From the NCBI GenBank assembly GCA_965200315.1, contig OZ241362.1, positions 224,001 through 288,000 of the forward strand: a stretch of DNA of 64,000 bases, in the 5' to 3' direction. Below are positions 1-7,765 of the stretch, one piece after another. Both the position numbers and the translations under genes were made by a program. The notes under the pieces were generated by a model, which was given only the letters and a program-made list of their open reading frames with translations, did no database searches and was not told the origin of the DNA. Positions within the stretch are counted from its first letter, which is position 1. Each line of letters starts with the position of its first letter. This DNA comes from Candidatus Latescibacterota bacterium (GTDB lineage Bacteria; Latescibacterota; UBA2968; UBA8231).

Positions 1-61
1 CCTCGTCGAGACGCCTAGCTAGCACGCGGTCGGCGAGAGGTTTAATATTGATGGTGGCCAT
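1..61 (-). CDS. groES: Co-chaperonin GroES, 5' part (runs off the window)
   Basis: Manual translation from ATG at 61: MATINIKPLADRVLARRLDE, matching the GroES N-terminal (I/L)xPLxDRV motif; strong RBS AAGGAGGAG upstream. Confidence 0.9.
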   Translation of the reverse strand, partial: MATINIKPLADRVLARRLDE

Positions 62-106
62 GATTGGCTCCTCCTTTTAGGGGTAAAATGGCGATGGGAT
101 GCTATA

Positions 107-122
107 TGCAAAGTTCGTGCCA
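107..122 (-). promoter_or_regulatory. Sigma-54 (-24/-12) promoter of groES
   Basis: Minus strand reads TGGCAC-GAACT-TTGCA, an exact match to TGGCAC-N5-TTGCW, about 45 nt upstream of the groES ATG. Confidence 0.75.
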
Positions 123-151
123 ATGGACGAAGATTTTGCTAGTGGTTTGTT

Positions 152-164
152 TATAAAGAACTTA
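152..164. promoter_or_regulatory. IHF-like binding site upstream of the sigma-54 promoter
   Basis: TATAAAGAACTTA vs WATCAANNNNTTR (one mismatch), 30 bp upstream of the -24 element. Confidence 0.4.
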
Positions 165-321
165 TGCCGTACTTTGGCGCAGAGCCGTAAACGGCCATTT
201 TCCCGTATTGATAAAAATAAAGTGCAAAATGTATATAAGTGTATTAAAAATAACTTATTGTGTTTTTCTCTAAATGAAAATATAAAGCTCTGATTCCCAT
301 TATGAAAAAATTGAGGGGATA

Positions 322-1104
322 ATGGACTGGGATGACCAGCGAGTTGTGCTTACCGGGGCCAGCAGCGGCATTGGTCGCGCCTTGGCTCTCGTGCTGGCCG
401 AGCGCGGGGCGCGCTTGGTGTTGGTGGCTCGCCGCGCCGAGGCGCTAGCCGAACTGGGAGCGGCCATTGAAGCAAGCGGCGGTCTCCAGCCGCTAGTGGT
501 GCCGTGCGACGTAGGCGATCTGGCCCAAGTCAGTGCTTTGCACGCCGAGGTGGAAGCGCAATGGGGTGGGGCCGATGTGCTGATCAACAACGCGGGTCGG
601 GGGCATTACCGCTCCTTTGCCGACGCGGATGTGCGCGAATGCGAGGCTGTGGTGCAAACAAATCTGCTCGGCACCATCTACTGCACCCGCGCCTTTTTGC
701 CGGGGATGCTGGCGCAAAGACGGGGCCGGTTGGTTTTCATATCGAGTATTGTCGGCGAATTTCCCGTGCCCAAGCACGCCGTGTACAGCGCGACGAAATT
801 CGCGGTGAGCGGGTTGGCCGAAAGCCTTGACTACGAGCTGGCACCCCAAGGCATTGGCGTCCACCTCGTGGAGCCGGGCTTGGTGCATACCGAGTTTGCT
901 GCGCGGGCCGGCACTAAGCACTTGCCCGTACAGAAAAAGTTCGCCAAATCGGCCGAGGAAGTGGCCGCGGCCATCGCAGATGCCGTGGCCGCGGGCAAGC
1001 ACAAGAGCGTCCCAGACGCGGCCGCGCATTTGCTGATCAAGCTGCGCCAGCACTTGCCCCGCTTGACGCGGTTCGCTTTTCGGAGAGCCTGCCGTCGGCT
1101 CTAG
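322..1104 (+). CDS. SDR family NAD(P)-dependent oxidoreductase
   Basis: TGASSGIG, NNAG and YSATK (YxxxK) motifs; RBS GAGGGG. Confidence 0.93.
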   Translation: MDWDDQRVVLTGASSGIGRALALVLAERGARLVLVARRAEALAELGAAIEASGGLQPLVVPCDVGDLAQVSALHAEVEAQWGGADVLINNAGRGHYRSFADADVRECEAVVQTNLLGTIYCTRAFLPGMLAQRRGRLVFISSIVGEFPVPKHAVYSATKFAVSGLAESLDYELAPQGIGVHLVEPGLVHTEFAARAGTKHLPVQKKFAKSAEEVAAAIADAVAAGKHKSVPDAAAHLLIKLRQHLPRLTRFAFRRACRRL

Positions 1105-1110
1105 TAACGC

Positions 1111-1193
1111 AGTGGTTAGTGGTTAGTGGTTAGTCCCGACCCTACTCCCAAGGCAGGGGAGCGGGGCGGACTCATCACTGGCCACTGACCACT
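1111..1193 (+). repeat. Heptamer-repeat inverted hairpin between convergent SDR genes (REP/terminator-like)
   Basis: Left arm (AGTGGTT)x3-AGTCC pairs with right arm GGACTCATCACTGGCCACTGACCACT; inner CTCCC/GGGAG stem. Confidence 0.7.
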
Positions 1194-1196
1194 AAT

Positions 1197-1979
1197 TTAC
1201 TGAGCGGTGTACCCGCCATCGACGACTAAGGTCGCGCCGGTGGTAAAGCCAGAGGCTTCTGAGGCAAAGTAGAGGACGGCCGTGGCCAGTTCGCTTGGGT
1301 CGCCCCAGCGGTCCATGGGGACCTTGGCGATCATTTCGCGCGCTTTGGCCGGGTCTTGCAGCAGGATGGCGTTGATCGGGGTGATAAAGGGGCCGGGGCA
1401 GATGGCGTTGACAGTGATCCCGTGCGCTGCCCATTCGAGGGCGAGGGTCTTGGTGAGTTGGACGATGCCGCCTTTGCTCGATGCGTACGGCGTGCGGTCG
1501 GCGATTGAGACCTGAGACACGGTGGAGCCGAGGTTGATGACGCGGCCGTAGCCGCGCTCGATCATCTGCGGCCCCACGGCTCGGCAGTAGTACATCGGGC
1601 CGGTGAGGTTGATGGCGATGACCGCGTCCCAATCCTCGTCGCGCAGTTCGACGATGGGGCTGCGAATGTTGATGCCGGCGTTGTTGACCAAGATGTCGAT
1701 GGGCCCCAAGTCATCGTTGGTTTGGCGCACTGAGGCTTCCACTTGGGCGCGGTCGGCCGCATCGGCTTGCAAAGCGAGCACGCGGCCGTTGGTGTGAGCA
1801 CTGATTTGCGCGGCTACGGCGCGGGCCTCTTCTGCATGACGGCTGGTGAGGGCCACATCGGCACCGGCCGAAGACAGCGCACAAGCCATAGCTTCGCCGA
1901 GGCCCTTGCTGCCGCCGGTCACCAAGGCCGTGCGCCCCTTGAGGCTGAAGAGTTCGAGCGAGGAGGGTGGAATCATCAT
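1197..1979 (-). CDS. SDR oxidoreductase (gluconate 5-dehydrogenase/KduD-like)
   Basis: [24 protein letters not shown] and VDGG motifs. Confidence 0.92.
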   Translation of the reverse strand: MMIPPSSLELFSLKGRTALVTGGSKGLGEAMACALSSAGADVALTSRHAEEARAVAAQISAHTNGRVLALQADAADRAQVEASVRQTNDDLGPIDILVNNAGINIRSPIVELRDEDWDAVIAINLTGPMYYCRAVGPQMIERGYGRVINLGSTVSQVSIADRTPYASSKGGIVQLTKTLALEWAAHGITVNAICPGPFITPINAILLQDPAKAREMIAKVPMDRWGDPSELATAVLYFASEASGFTTGATLVVDGGYTAQ

Positions 1980-2221
1980 AGCGAGGACCAGCCTTCGGCT
2001 TCGACCATGGACTTGGCGAGGTCGCCCAACTCGGCGACTAGGGCCTGTTGATCTTGGGCGCGAGCCTTATTGGTGATCTGCATGGTTAGGGCGATCAGCC
2101 CCAAGCCGAAGATCCGCTGCAAGCTCTGCGGCGAGTCTGGTTCGAGGTCGGGAATCAGCTCGGACAGGCGGTTGAGCAGGTCGCGGTGCTCAGTGGGAAT
2201 TTCAATAACTTCCAAGGACAT
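1976..2221 (-). CDS. Small hypothetical protein (81 aa)
   Basis: ATG with purine-rich RBS; stop overlaps the SDR start (ATGA-type coupling); no recognisable motif. Confidence 0.6.
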   Translation of the reverse strand: MSLEVIEIPTEHRDLLNRLSELIPDLEPDSPQSLQRIFGLGLIALTMQITNKARAQDQQALVAELGDLAKSMVEAEGWSSL

Positions 2222-2382
2222 GTTTCAATCCGCTCCCCCGCCGAAGCGAGGGGAGATTCCTATTGCTTCAGGCACTATGTGGAGTGCCACTAAGTGGCGT
2301 TAAAGGTAACGCATGGCCTAGTCGCGGTCAAAGCGGACTGTGATTTGTGGGATTGCGGGATTTACAGGATGAAAAGCCGCGG

Positions 2383-3228
2383 TTAAAGTTCGCCATCGCG
2401 GGCGACGAAGTGTTCGCCATCTTGGGCGATGCGGCTCCACAGCGCGTCGGGATCGTGGTCCCAAGCCACGATCCATCCCCGGGCAGCGGCCTCCGCAGTA
2501 AAGTGCTGTTTGCGGGTCAAGGTCTGGTAGGGGAACATGTCGTAGGCCATGTTCCAATAGGGCCGCAGGTGAAGGCGCGTGGGGATCAGCTCCCCAGGAT
2601 AGACGAGAGTGTGCCCGCTGGCTTTGAGGCGAAAGCCCTGATGGGCGCGAGTATGGCCGCCGGTGACAAAAGTCGTCAGCCCGGGGGCCAATTCGCTGTC
2701 GCCGTCGAGGAAGCGCATCTCGACTTGGCGGGCGAGAGTGTGCAGCTCTTCGGGCCGATAGCTGCTCCGCATGGTGCTGCGACCAGCCAAGGCGTCGTCC
2801 CACTCGCCGCGCTGCACTGCGTAGATGGCGTTGGGAAAAAGCGGGGCTAGGTCCGTAGGCCCCTCGACGAGACAGCCGCAGAAGTGGTCGAAGTGCAGGT
2901 GGGTGAGCGCGACCATAGTAATCGCCTCCGGGGCTACGCCTGCGGCAGCGAGCGAGCCGCGCAGCGTATGCTCGCCGTCCATGCCGTACATAGTGCGTTC
3001 GCGCGAGGAAAAGCGCTCGCCGAACCCGGCGTCGAGCAGCACGAGCTCGCGGCCCGTTTTCAGGAGCAGGCAGTTGCACGACAGGCGGATGCGGTTGTGT
3101 TCGTCGGCGGTGGCAGCGCGTTGCCACAGGACCTTGGGTACTAGGCCGAACATGGTCCCCCCGTCGAGCCGAAAATCGCCGCCGGGCAGGTGTACGGCCT
3201 CTGCGTCGCCTAGGTCAAGGGTGTGCAT
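2383..3228 (-). CDS. MBL-fold metallo-hydrolase (YtnP-like)
   Basis: LDGGTMFG, THLHFDH (HxHxDH), GGHT and HDP motifs. Confidence 0.92.
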   Translation of the reverse strand: MHTLDLGDAEAVHLPGGDFRLDGGTMFGLVPKVLWQRAATADEHNRIRLSCNCLLLKTGRELVLLDAGFGERFSSRERTMYGMDGEHTLRGSLAAAGVAPEAITMVALTHLHFDHFCGCLVEGPTDLAPLFPNAIYAVQRGEWDDALAGRSTMRSSYRPEELHTLARQVEMRFLDGDSELAPGLTTFVTGGHTRAHQGFRLKASGHTLVYPGELIPTRLHLRPYWNMAYDMFPYQTLTRKQHFTAEAAARGWIVAWDHDPDALWSRIAQDGEHFVARDGEL

Positions 3229-3245
3229 CAGGCTTCGACCTGAGC

Positions 3246-4241
3246 TCAGCCGAAGGTGGGGACGAGGACCGCGACGCCCTCGGTGGCAAATTGGCAGCGC
3301 ATCTCGCGCAGGCCCTCTTGGGCCATACTTGTGCGCAGCTTGGCGTGGTGTTCAGCCGGGCAGTAGAACATGAGAAAACCACCACCGCCAGCCCCTAGCA
3401 GTTTGCCGCCGAGGGCACCGGCGGCGCGGCCGGCCGCGTACCAGCGGTCGATGTCCGCATTGGATATCTGCTGCGCCCGCTGTTTTTTGGTCATCCAGTG
3501 CTCGTGGAGCAATTCGCCGAAGCGGTCTAGTGAGTCTCGTTCGAGTGCCTCCTTGATTTGGTAGCCGATCTGCTTGGTCTGATGCAGGCTGTCTAGGACT
3601 TGGTTGTCGCCTTGTTGGGTATCTTGGTTTTGCTGGGCGAGGATGTCCGAACTCTCGCGCCGGATGCCGGTAAAAAAGACCAGCATGTTGGCGGCTAGGG
3701 TCTCGGCGGTGGGCGCGGAGATCGCCAGTGGCGCAACAACGACGCGACCGCTGGTGTCGATGTCGAGGCAAGTCAGGCCGCCAAAAGTGCCCAAGTAGTG
3801 ATCGTGTTTGCCCGCTGGCTGAGCGGCTCGCACCGCTTCGATATAGTGGGCTTCCTCCGCTAGCGCTTGGGGAGAGGGCTGTTCGCGCTTATAGGCGTGG
3901 AGTGCGGCCAACAGTGCTACGGTGAACGTTCCCGACGACCCCAAACCCGTGCGTCCGGGCACATCGGACATCGCGCTTATTTCGATCCCAGCCTCGATCC
4001 CGGCGTAGATCAGGGCTTCGCGTAGAAGAGGGTGTTGGATCTGACCGGGCGCATCGACCTTTTCGGTCTGCGAGTACTTGACGCGAATGAAGTCTTCCAC
4101 CTTGAGGTCGTTGAGTTGGATATAGACGTATTTGTCAATGCCAGCGCTGAGCACAAAGCCGCCGTAGTGGGCGTAATAAGACGCTAGGTCGGTGCCGCCG
4201 CCGCCGAGCGGAATGCGCAGGGGTGCTCTGGTGATGATCAA
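3246..4241 (-). CDS. GHMP-family sugar kinase (HddA/heptose-7-phosphate kinase-like)
   Basis: RAPLRIPLGGGGTD, PGRTGLGSS and GGKLLGAGGGGF motifs. Confidence 0.88.
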   Translation of the reverse strand: MIITRAPLRIPLGGGGTDLASYYAHYGGFVLSAGIDKYVYIQLNDLKVEDFIRVKYSQTEKVDAPGQIQHPLLREALIYAGIEAGIEISAMSDVPGRTGLGSSGTFTVALLAALHAYKREQPSPQALAEEAHYIEAVRAAQPAGKHDHYLGTFGGLTCLDIDTSGRVVVAPLAISAPTAETLAANMLVFFTGIRRESSDILAQQNQDTQQGDNQVLDSLHQTKQIGYQIKEALERDSLDRFGELLHEHWMTKKQRAQQISNADIDRWYAAGRAAGALGGKLLGAGGGGFLMFYCPAEHHAKLRTSMAQEGLREMRCQFATEGVAVLVPTFG

Positions 4242-4253
4242 ACTAGCCTCGTT

Positions 4254-4973
4254 TCAAGGAAGGGCAAAAGCGCCCGAGTCCACGCACTGACAGGCGTGGC
4301 GGTAGCGCTCTGGCGTATCGGTCGAAAGGAGCTGACCGCGCAGGGGATGCCCGCGCAGGGGGCGGCCTGCGGCGAGCAAGTCGGCGAAGACCTCGCTGAA
4401 GTCGCAGGGGGTGTCGGGGGGGATGCGGTCGAGGATTTCGGGTTGTAGAGCGTAGATTCCGGCGTTGACCCAATAGTTGTCGAATACTTGGTTGGGCCGC
4501 GGTTTTTCGACGAAGCGGGTGATGCGGCCGTGCGCGTCGAGCCCGACGATGCCCCGCGTGGTCGGGTCGTCCATCCACAGGAGTCCGATGCTGGCGATTT
4601 CGTCCTCGCGTTGGTGGGTTTGCCACAAGTCGCCTAGGTCGAAGTTGGTCAGGTTGTCTCCGTAGTACACTAAAAAAGGGCCGTCGAAAAAGTCGGCAAC
4701 TTGCCGCACAGCGCCAGCGGTGCCGAGTAACTCGTCCTCCAGCGAATAGGTAATCGACACGCCCCAAGCTCGACCATCGCCGAAATGGTCGGTGATGACT
4801 TGGGGTAAGTGGTGGAGGTTGATGACGAGGTCGTCGAATCCGTGCTGCGCCAACAGGCGCACGACGTATTCGAGCAGGGGTTTGCCGGCAAAGGGGACCA
4901 TGGCCTTGGGGGTCGCGTCGGTGAGCGGGCGCAGGCGCGTACCGCGCCCGGCCGCTAGGATCATCGCCTTCAC
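4254..4973 (-). CDS. Sugar-phosphate nucleotidyltransferase (HddC/mannose-1-P guanylyltransferase-like)
   Basis: ILAAGRGTRLRPLT..PK, LGTAG, YGD and FVEKP motifs. Confidence 0.9.
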   Translation of the reverse strand: MKAMILAAGRGTRLRPLTDATPKAMVPFAGKPLLEYVVRLLAQHGFDDLVINLHHLPQVITDHFGDGRAWGVSITYSLEDELLGTAGAVRQVADFFDGPFLVYYGDNLTNFDLGDLWQTHQREDEIASIGLLWMDDPTTRGIVGLDAHGRITRFVEKPRPNQVFDNYWVNAGIYALQPEILDRIPPDTPCDFSEVFADLLAAGRPLRGHPLRGQLLSTDTPERYRHACQCVDSGAFALP

Positions 4974-6085
4974 GTGCTAACCCGGCGAAGGACGTTGGCG
5001 GCGCGCATATTCGCTTGAGCCGATGCGTAGAAGTCCGCGAGCTCGGGCTGCCCTTTGATCCACTCGATGTATTCGCCAATGGTTTGTTCTAGCGAAACCT
5101 CGGGCTGCCAGCCGAGGGCTTGTAGGGCTGCACCGGAGGAGACGGTGTGGCGGGTGTCGCCAAAGCGGTATTCGCCGCTTACGAGCGGTGCGATGGCCCG
5201 CCCGGCGATGCGCGTTACTAGTTGGGCGTATTCGAGGACGGTGGTGCCGCGCTGTCCGGCGACATTGAAGGAGCTGAAACTAGCGCGCTCGTCTTCGAGA
5301 CATAGGACATTGGCGTGGGCCACATCGCCGACATAGACGTAGTCGCGCAGCGATTGGCCGTCCTCGTAGCAGACCGGGGGCTGGTCGTGCAGGACGCGGA
5401 GGGCAAAAATGCGGCCAATGCCCGAGTAGGCATTGAAAAAGGAGTTGCGCGGCCCTTGGACGATGGAGTAGCGCATATTGACTGTGGGAATGTCGTATTT
5501 GCGGCCTAGGCTGAAGGAAGTCAGTTCGGCTGCGTATTTGGAGATGCCATAGGGGGTGTGGGGGTTGACGGTGGCTTCGGTGATCGGCCGGTGTTCGAGT
5601 TCCGCGGCGCAGTGGGGGCAGCGGACTTCCCATTCAGCTCGGGCTAGCTGCGCGTCAGGGCGGGCGTCGGGATAGACGATGCCGTGCTCGCCGCAGCGGT
5701 ACTTGCCCTCGCCATAGACAGCTTGCGACGAGGCTAAGACGACTTTCCGCACGGGCAACTTCTCGGCGACGATTAGCTCGTAGAGCAGGGTGGATCCGAC
5801 CGTGTTGACGTGGTGGAAGGTGGAAAAATCGGTCATGTAGTCTTGGTAGGCGGCTAAGTGGATGACGCCGTCGATGCCGTCGAGTGCGGCTCGCCAATCG
5901 GCGCGTTGGCGCACGTCGCCGCGCATCTTTTCCACGCTCGCGGGCAGATAGTTGGGCCAGCCTTCGGGGTGGACCCGCTCTTGGAGGGAGTCGAGGATGC
6001 GGACTCGATAGCCCGCGGCAACGAGGCGATCTACGGTGTGCGAGCCGATAAAGCCGGCACCGCCTGTGACTAGAATGTGGCGCAT
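4970..6085 (-). CDS. NAD-dependent epimerase/dehydratase with Cys/His insert
   Basis: VTGGAGFIG, YGISK and RDYVYVGD motifs; start moved to ATG 6085 (MRHILVTGG) because the ORF-track extension lies in the AT-rich insert. Confidence 0.9.
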   Translation of the reverse strand: MRHILVTGGAGFIGSHTVDRLVAAGYRVRILDSLQERVHPEGWPNYLPASVEKMRGDVRQRADWRAALDGIDGVIHLAAYQDYMTDFSTFHHVNTVGSTLLYELIVAEKLPVRKVVLASSQAVYGEGKYRCGEHGIVYPDARPDAQLARAEWEVRCPHCAAELEHRPITEATVNPHTPYGISKYAAELTSFSLGRKYDIPTVNMRYSIVQGPRNSFFNAYSGIGRIFALRVLHDQPPVCYEDGQSLRDYVYVGDVAHANVLCLEDERASFSSFNVAGQRGTTVLEYAQLVTRIAGRAIAPLVSGEYRFGDTRHTVSSGAALQALGWQPEVSLEQTIGEYIEWIKGQPELADFYASAQANMRAANVLRRVST

Positions 6086-6129
6086 GGGTTGGGGGCGGAG
6101 TGCTTCGCTACACAGTACGGCATTTTTCA

Positions 6130-6432
6130 TCAACCGATGGAAATAACAAGGTTCAAATTTTCTTTTCGCAGCATATCTTGTAATGTAAGCTGAACCCAAA
6201 AACTTTCTGGCTCGCCAAGTTTTCTGGCAATTTTAGCTGCCCTACTGGGATTTGGAATTCTTCTTTCTTTTTCAATATCACAAAGGCTTTGAGGTGAAAT
6301 ACCCCAAAAAATAGCAAACTCTCTCTAGCTTTTTTCTTCTCCTATTCGATGGCTTGCCAGAGCATTTCCAAATGTCAGACATCCAAAGTCTCTCTCCAAA
6401 TTAGAAATCCCATATTGTCCTTTAGTAATCAT
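6130..6432 (-). pseudogene. XRE/HigA-like HTH protein interrupted by an in-frame TAG
   Basis: Manual translation: MITKGQYGISNLERDFGCLTFGNALASHRIGEEKS*REFAIFWGISPQSLCDIEKERRIPNPSRAAKIARKLGEPESFWVQLTLQDMLRKENLNLVISIG*; RBS GAGGAG; TAG at 6325-6327; AT-rich. Confidence 0.8.
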
Positions 6433-6640
6433 GTTTATTGATCTCCTCAAAATGCCGGTAGCGGTAATGTCCACGCCCGTATTGTCCTCGATCTTGTTGG
6501 GGGGTTCGTGAGCATCCCGTCATGTGCCGGTGCAATATAGATAAGGCGCGAAGTCCCGGCCAAGGGCGTCGCGGTTGACAGAAAATCGCTGTTGTGTGGA
6601 TTTTCAGAGGCAGCAGTGAATTAAACGGACGAAACAGAGA

Positions 6641-7762
6641 ATGCGCTACGCACCCAAGATAGCCCTCGCACTGGCCAGCTTAGTCATCGGGATCGCGCTG
6701 TGCGAGCTGGCGTTGAGCTTCTTGCACCCGCAGCTCTTCCGCCGGCCCCCGGTCTGGCGCTACGATCCCGAACTGGGTTGGAGCCACATCCCGGACCGCG
6801 TCGGCCGCTTGATCACCCCGGAATTCGACGTGGAAATGCGGATCAACAGCATGGGCTTGCGCGACCGCGAGTTTGCAACAGAAAAGGCCGCAGGCGTTCG
6901 CCGCGTTGCCCTGTTCGGCGACTCGTTTGTCGAAGGGTGGGGCGTTCCCGTAGAGGCCGCGGTCAGCCGTCAACTCGAAGCCTGTCTGCGGCGCGAAGGG
7001 GGCGCGGTGGAGGTGGCCAACTTCGGGGTGGCTGGCTACGGCACCGACCAAGCGTTGCTGTTTTTTGAACAACAGGGCGTGAGCTTTGGGGCCGATGAGG
7101 TGGTGCTCTTTTTTTACGGCAACGACCTGTGGAACAATGCGTCGCGCCGGGGCATTGGTGCCGAGCGGGGCTTTAAGCCCTACTTCCGGGTGCGGATCAA
7201 CGGGCAGCTTGCGCTCGCGGGCGTCCCGGTCAAGGAGTCGAGTTTTTGGCGACAGCCCGCCAACGAGTTGCCCCTCGCAGTAAGGTTGGATCGCTACTTT
7301 TCGCAGCACTGGCATTTGTACCGGCTGGTGCAAAAGGCGTGGCAGCCGAAGGTGCCGCGCGGGCAGCAGCAGGATTTTTACGCGGGTCTGTACGGCGCGG
7401 AGGTGCGCTTTGCCCCGGCTTGGGAGCTGACCGGCCGCATCCTCGCGGCCTTTAAGCGCAGCGTTGAGCAGCACGGCGCACGCCTGACCGTCGTGTACGT
7501 GCCGTCGATCGTCCAGGTAGAAGAGGACAACTGGCGCACCAAGCGCGAGCTGTACGGTCTGATCGGCGAGTTTGACCTGAGCAAGCCCAATGCCAAGCTA
7601 GCCAGCTTTGCCGAGGAGTACGGATTCGCGTTGATCGACTTGCTCGATGAGTTCAGGCAAACGGCCCAAACCCAAACGTTGTATTGGCGCGATAGCCACT
7701 GGAACGCGGCTGGCCACGCCTTGGCGGCCGAGCGGCTCTGCGCCCATCTGCGGAGGCCCTAA
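6641..7762 (+). CDS. SGNH/GDSL hydrolase family protein (AlgX/AlgJ-like)
   Basis: N-terminal TM; FGDSF, NFGVAGYG, GND and DSHWNAAGH motifs. Confidence 0.88.
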   Translation: MRYAPKIALALASLVIGIALCELALSFLHPQLFRRPPVWRYDPELGWSHIPDRVGRLITPEFDVEMRINSMGLRDREFATEKAAGVRRVALFGDSFVEGWGVPVEAAVSRQLEACLRREGGAVEVANFGVAGYGTDQALLFFEQQGVSFGADEVVLFFYGNDLWNNASRRGIGAERGFKPYFRVRINGQLALAGVPVKESSFWRQPANELPLAVRLDRYFSQHWHLYRLVQKAWQPKVPRGQQQDFYAGLYGAEVRFAPAWELTGRILAAFKRSVEQHGARLTVVYVPSIVQVEEDNWRTKRELYGLIGEFDLSKPNAKLASFAEEYGFALIDLLDEFRQTAQTQTLYWRDSHWNAAGHALAAERLCAHLRRP

Positions 7763-7765
7763 CCC

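Noticed and set aside
99-293. 64-aa ORF
   Set aside because: Lies across the groES sigma-54 promoter and AT-rich regulatory DNA; no motif.
2389-2431. 24-bp-period duplication at the MBL gene 3' end (IAQDGEH/VARDGEL)
   Set aside because: Small in-frame duplication with no evident function.
6086-6199. N-terminal extension of the epimerase in the ORF track
   Set aside because: Overlaps the HTH pseudogene; the Rossmann motif begins right after ATG 6085.
6325-6327. Pyrrolysine or amber recoding of the HTH gene
   Set aside because: TAG is used as a normal stop elsewhere in the window (e.g. 1104, 32509) and no pyl genes are seen; a nonsense mutation is simpler.
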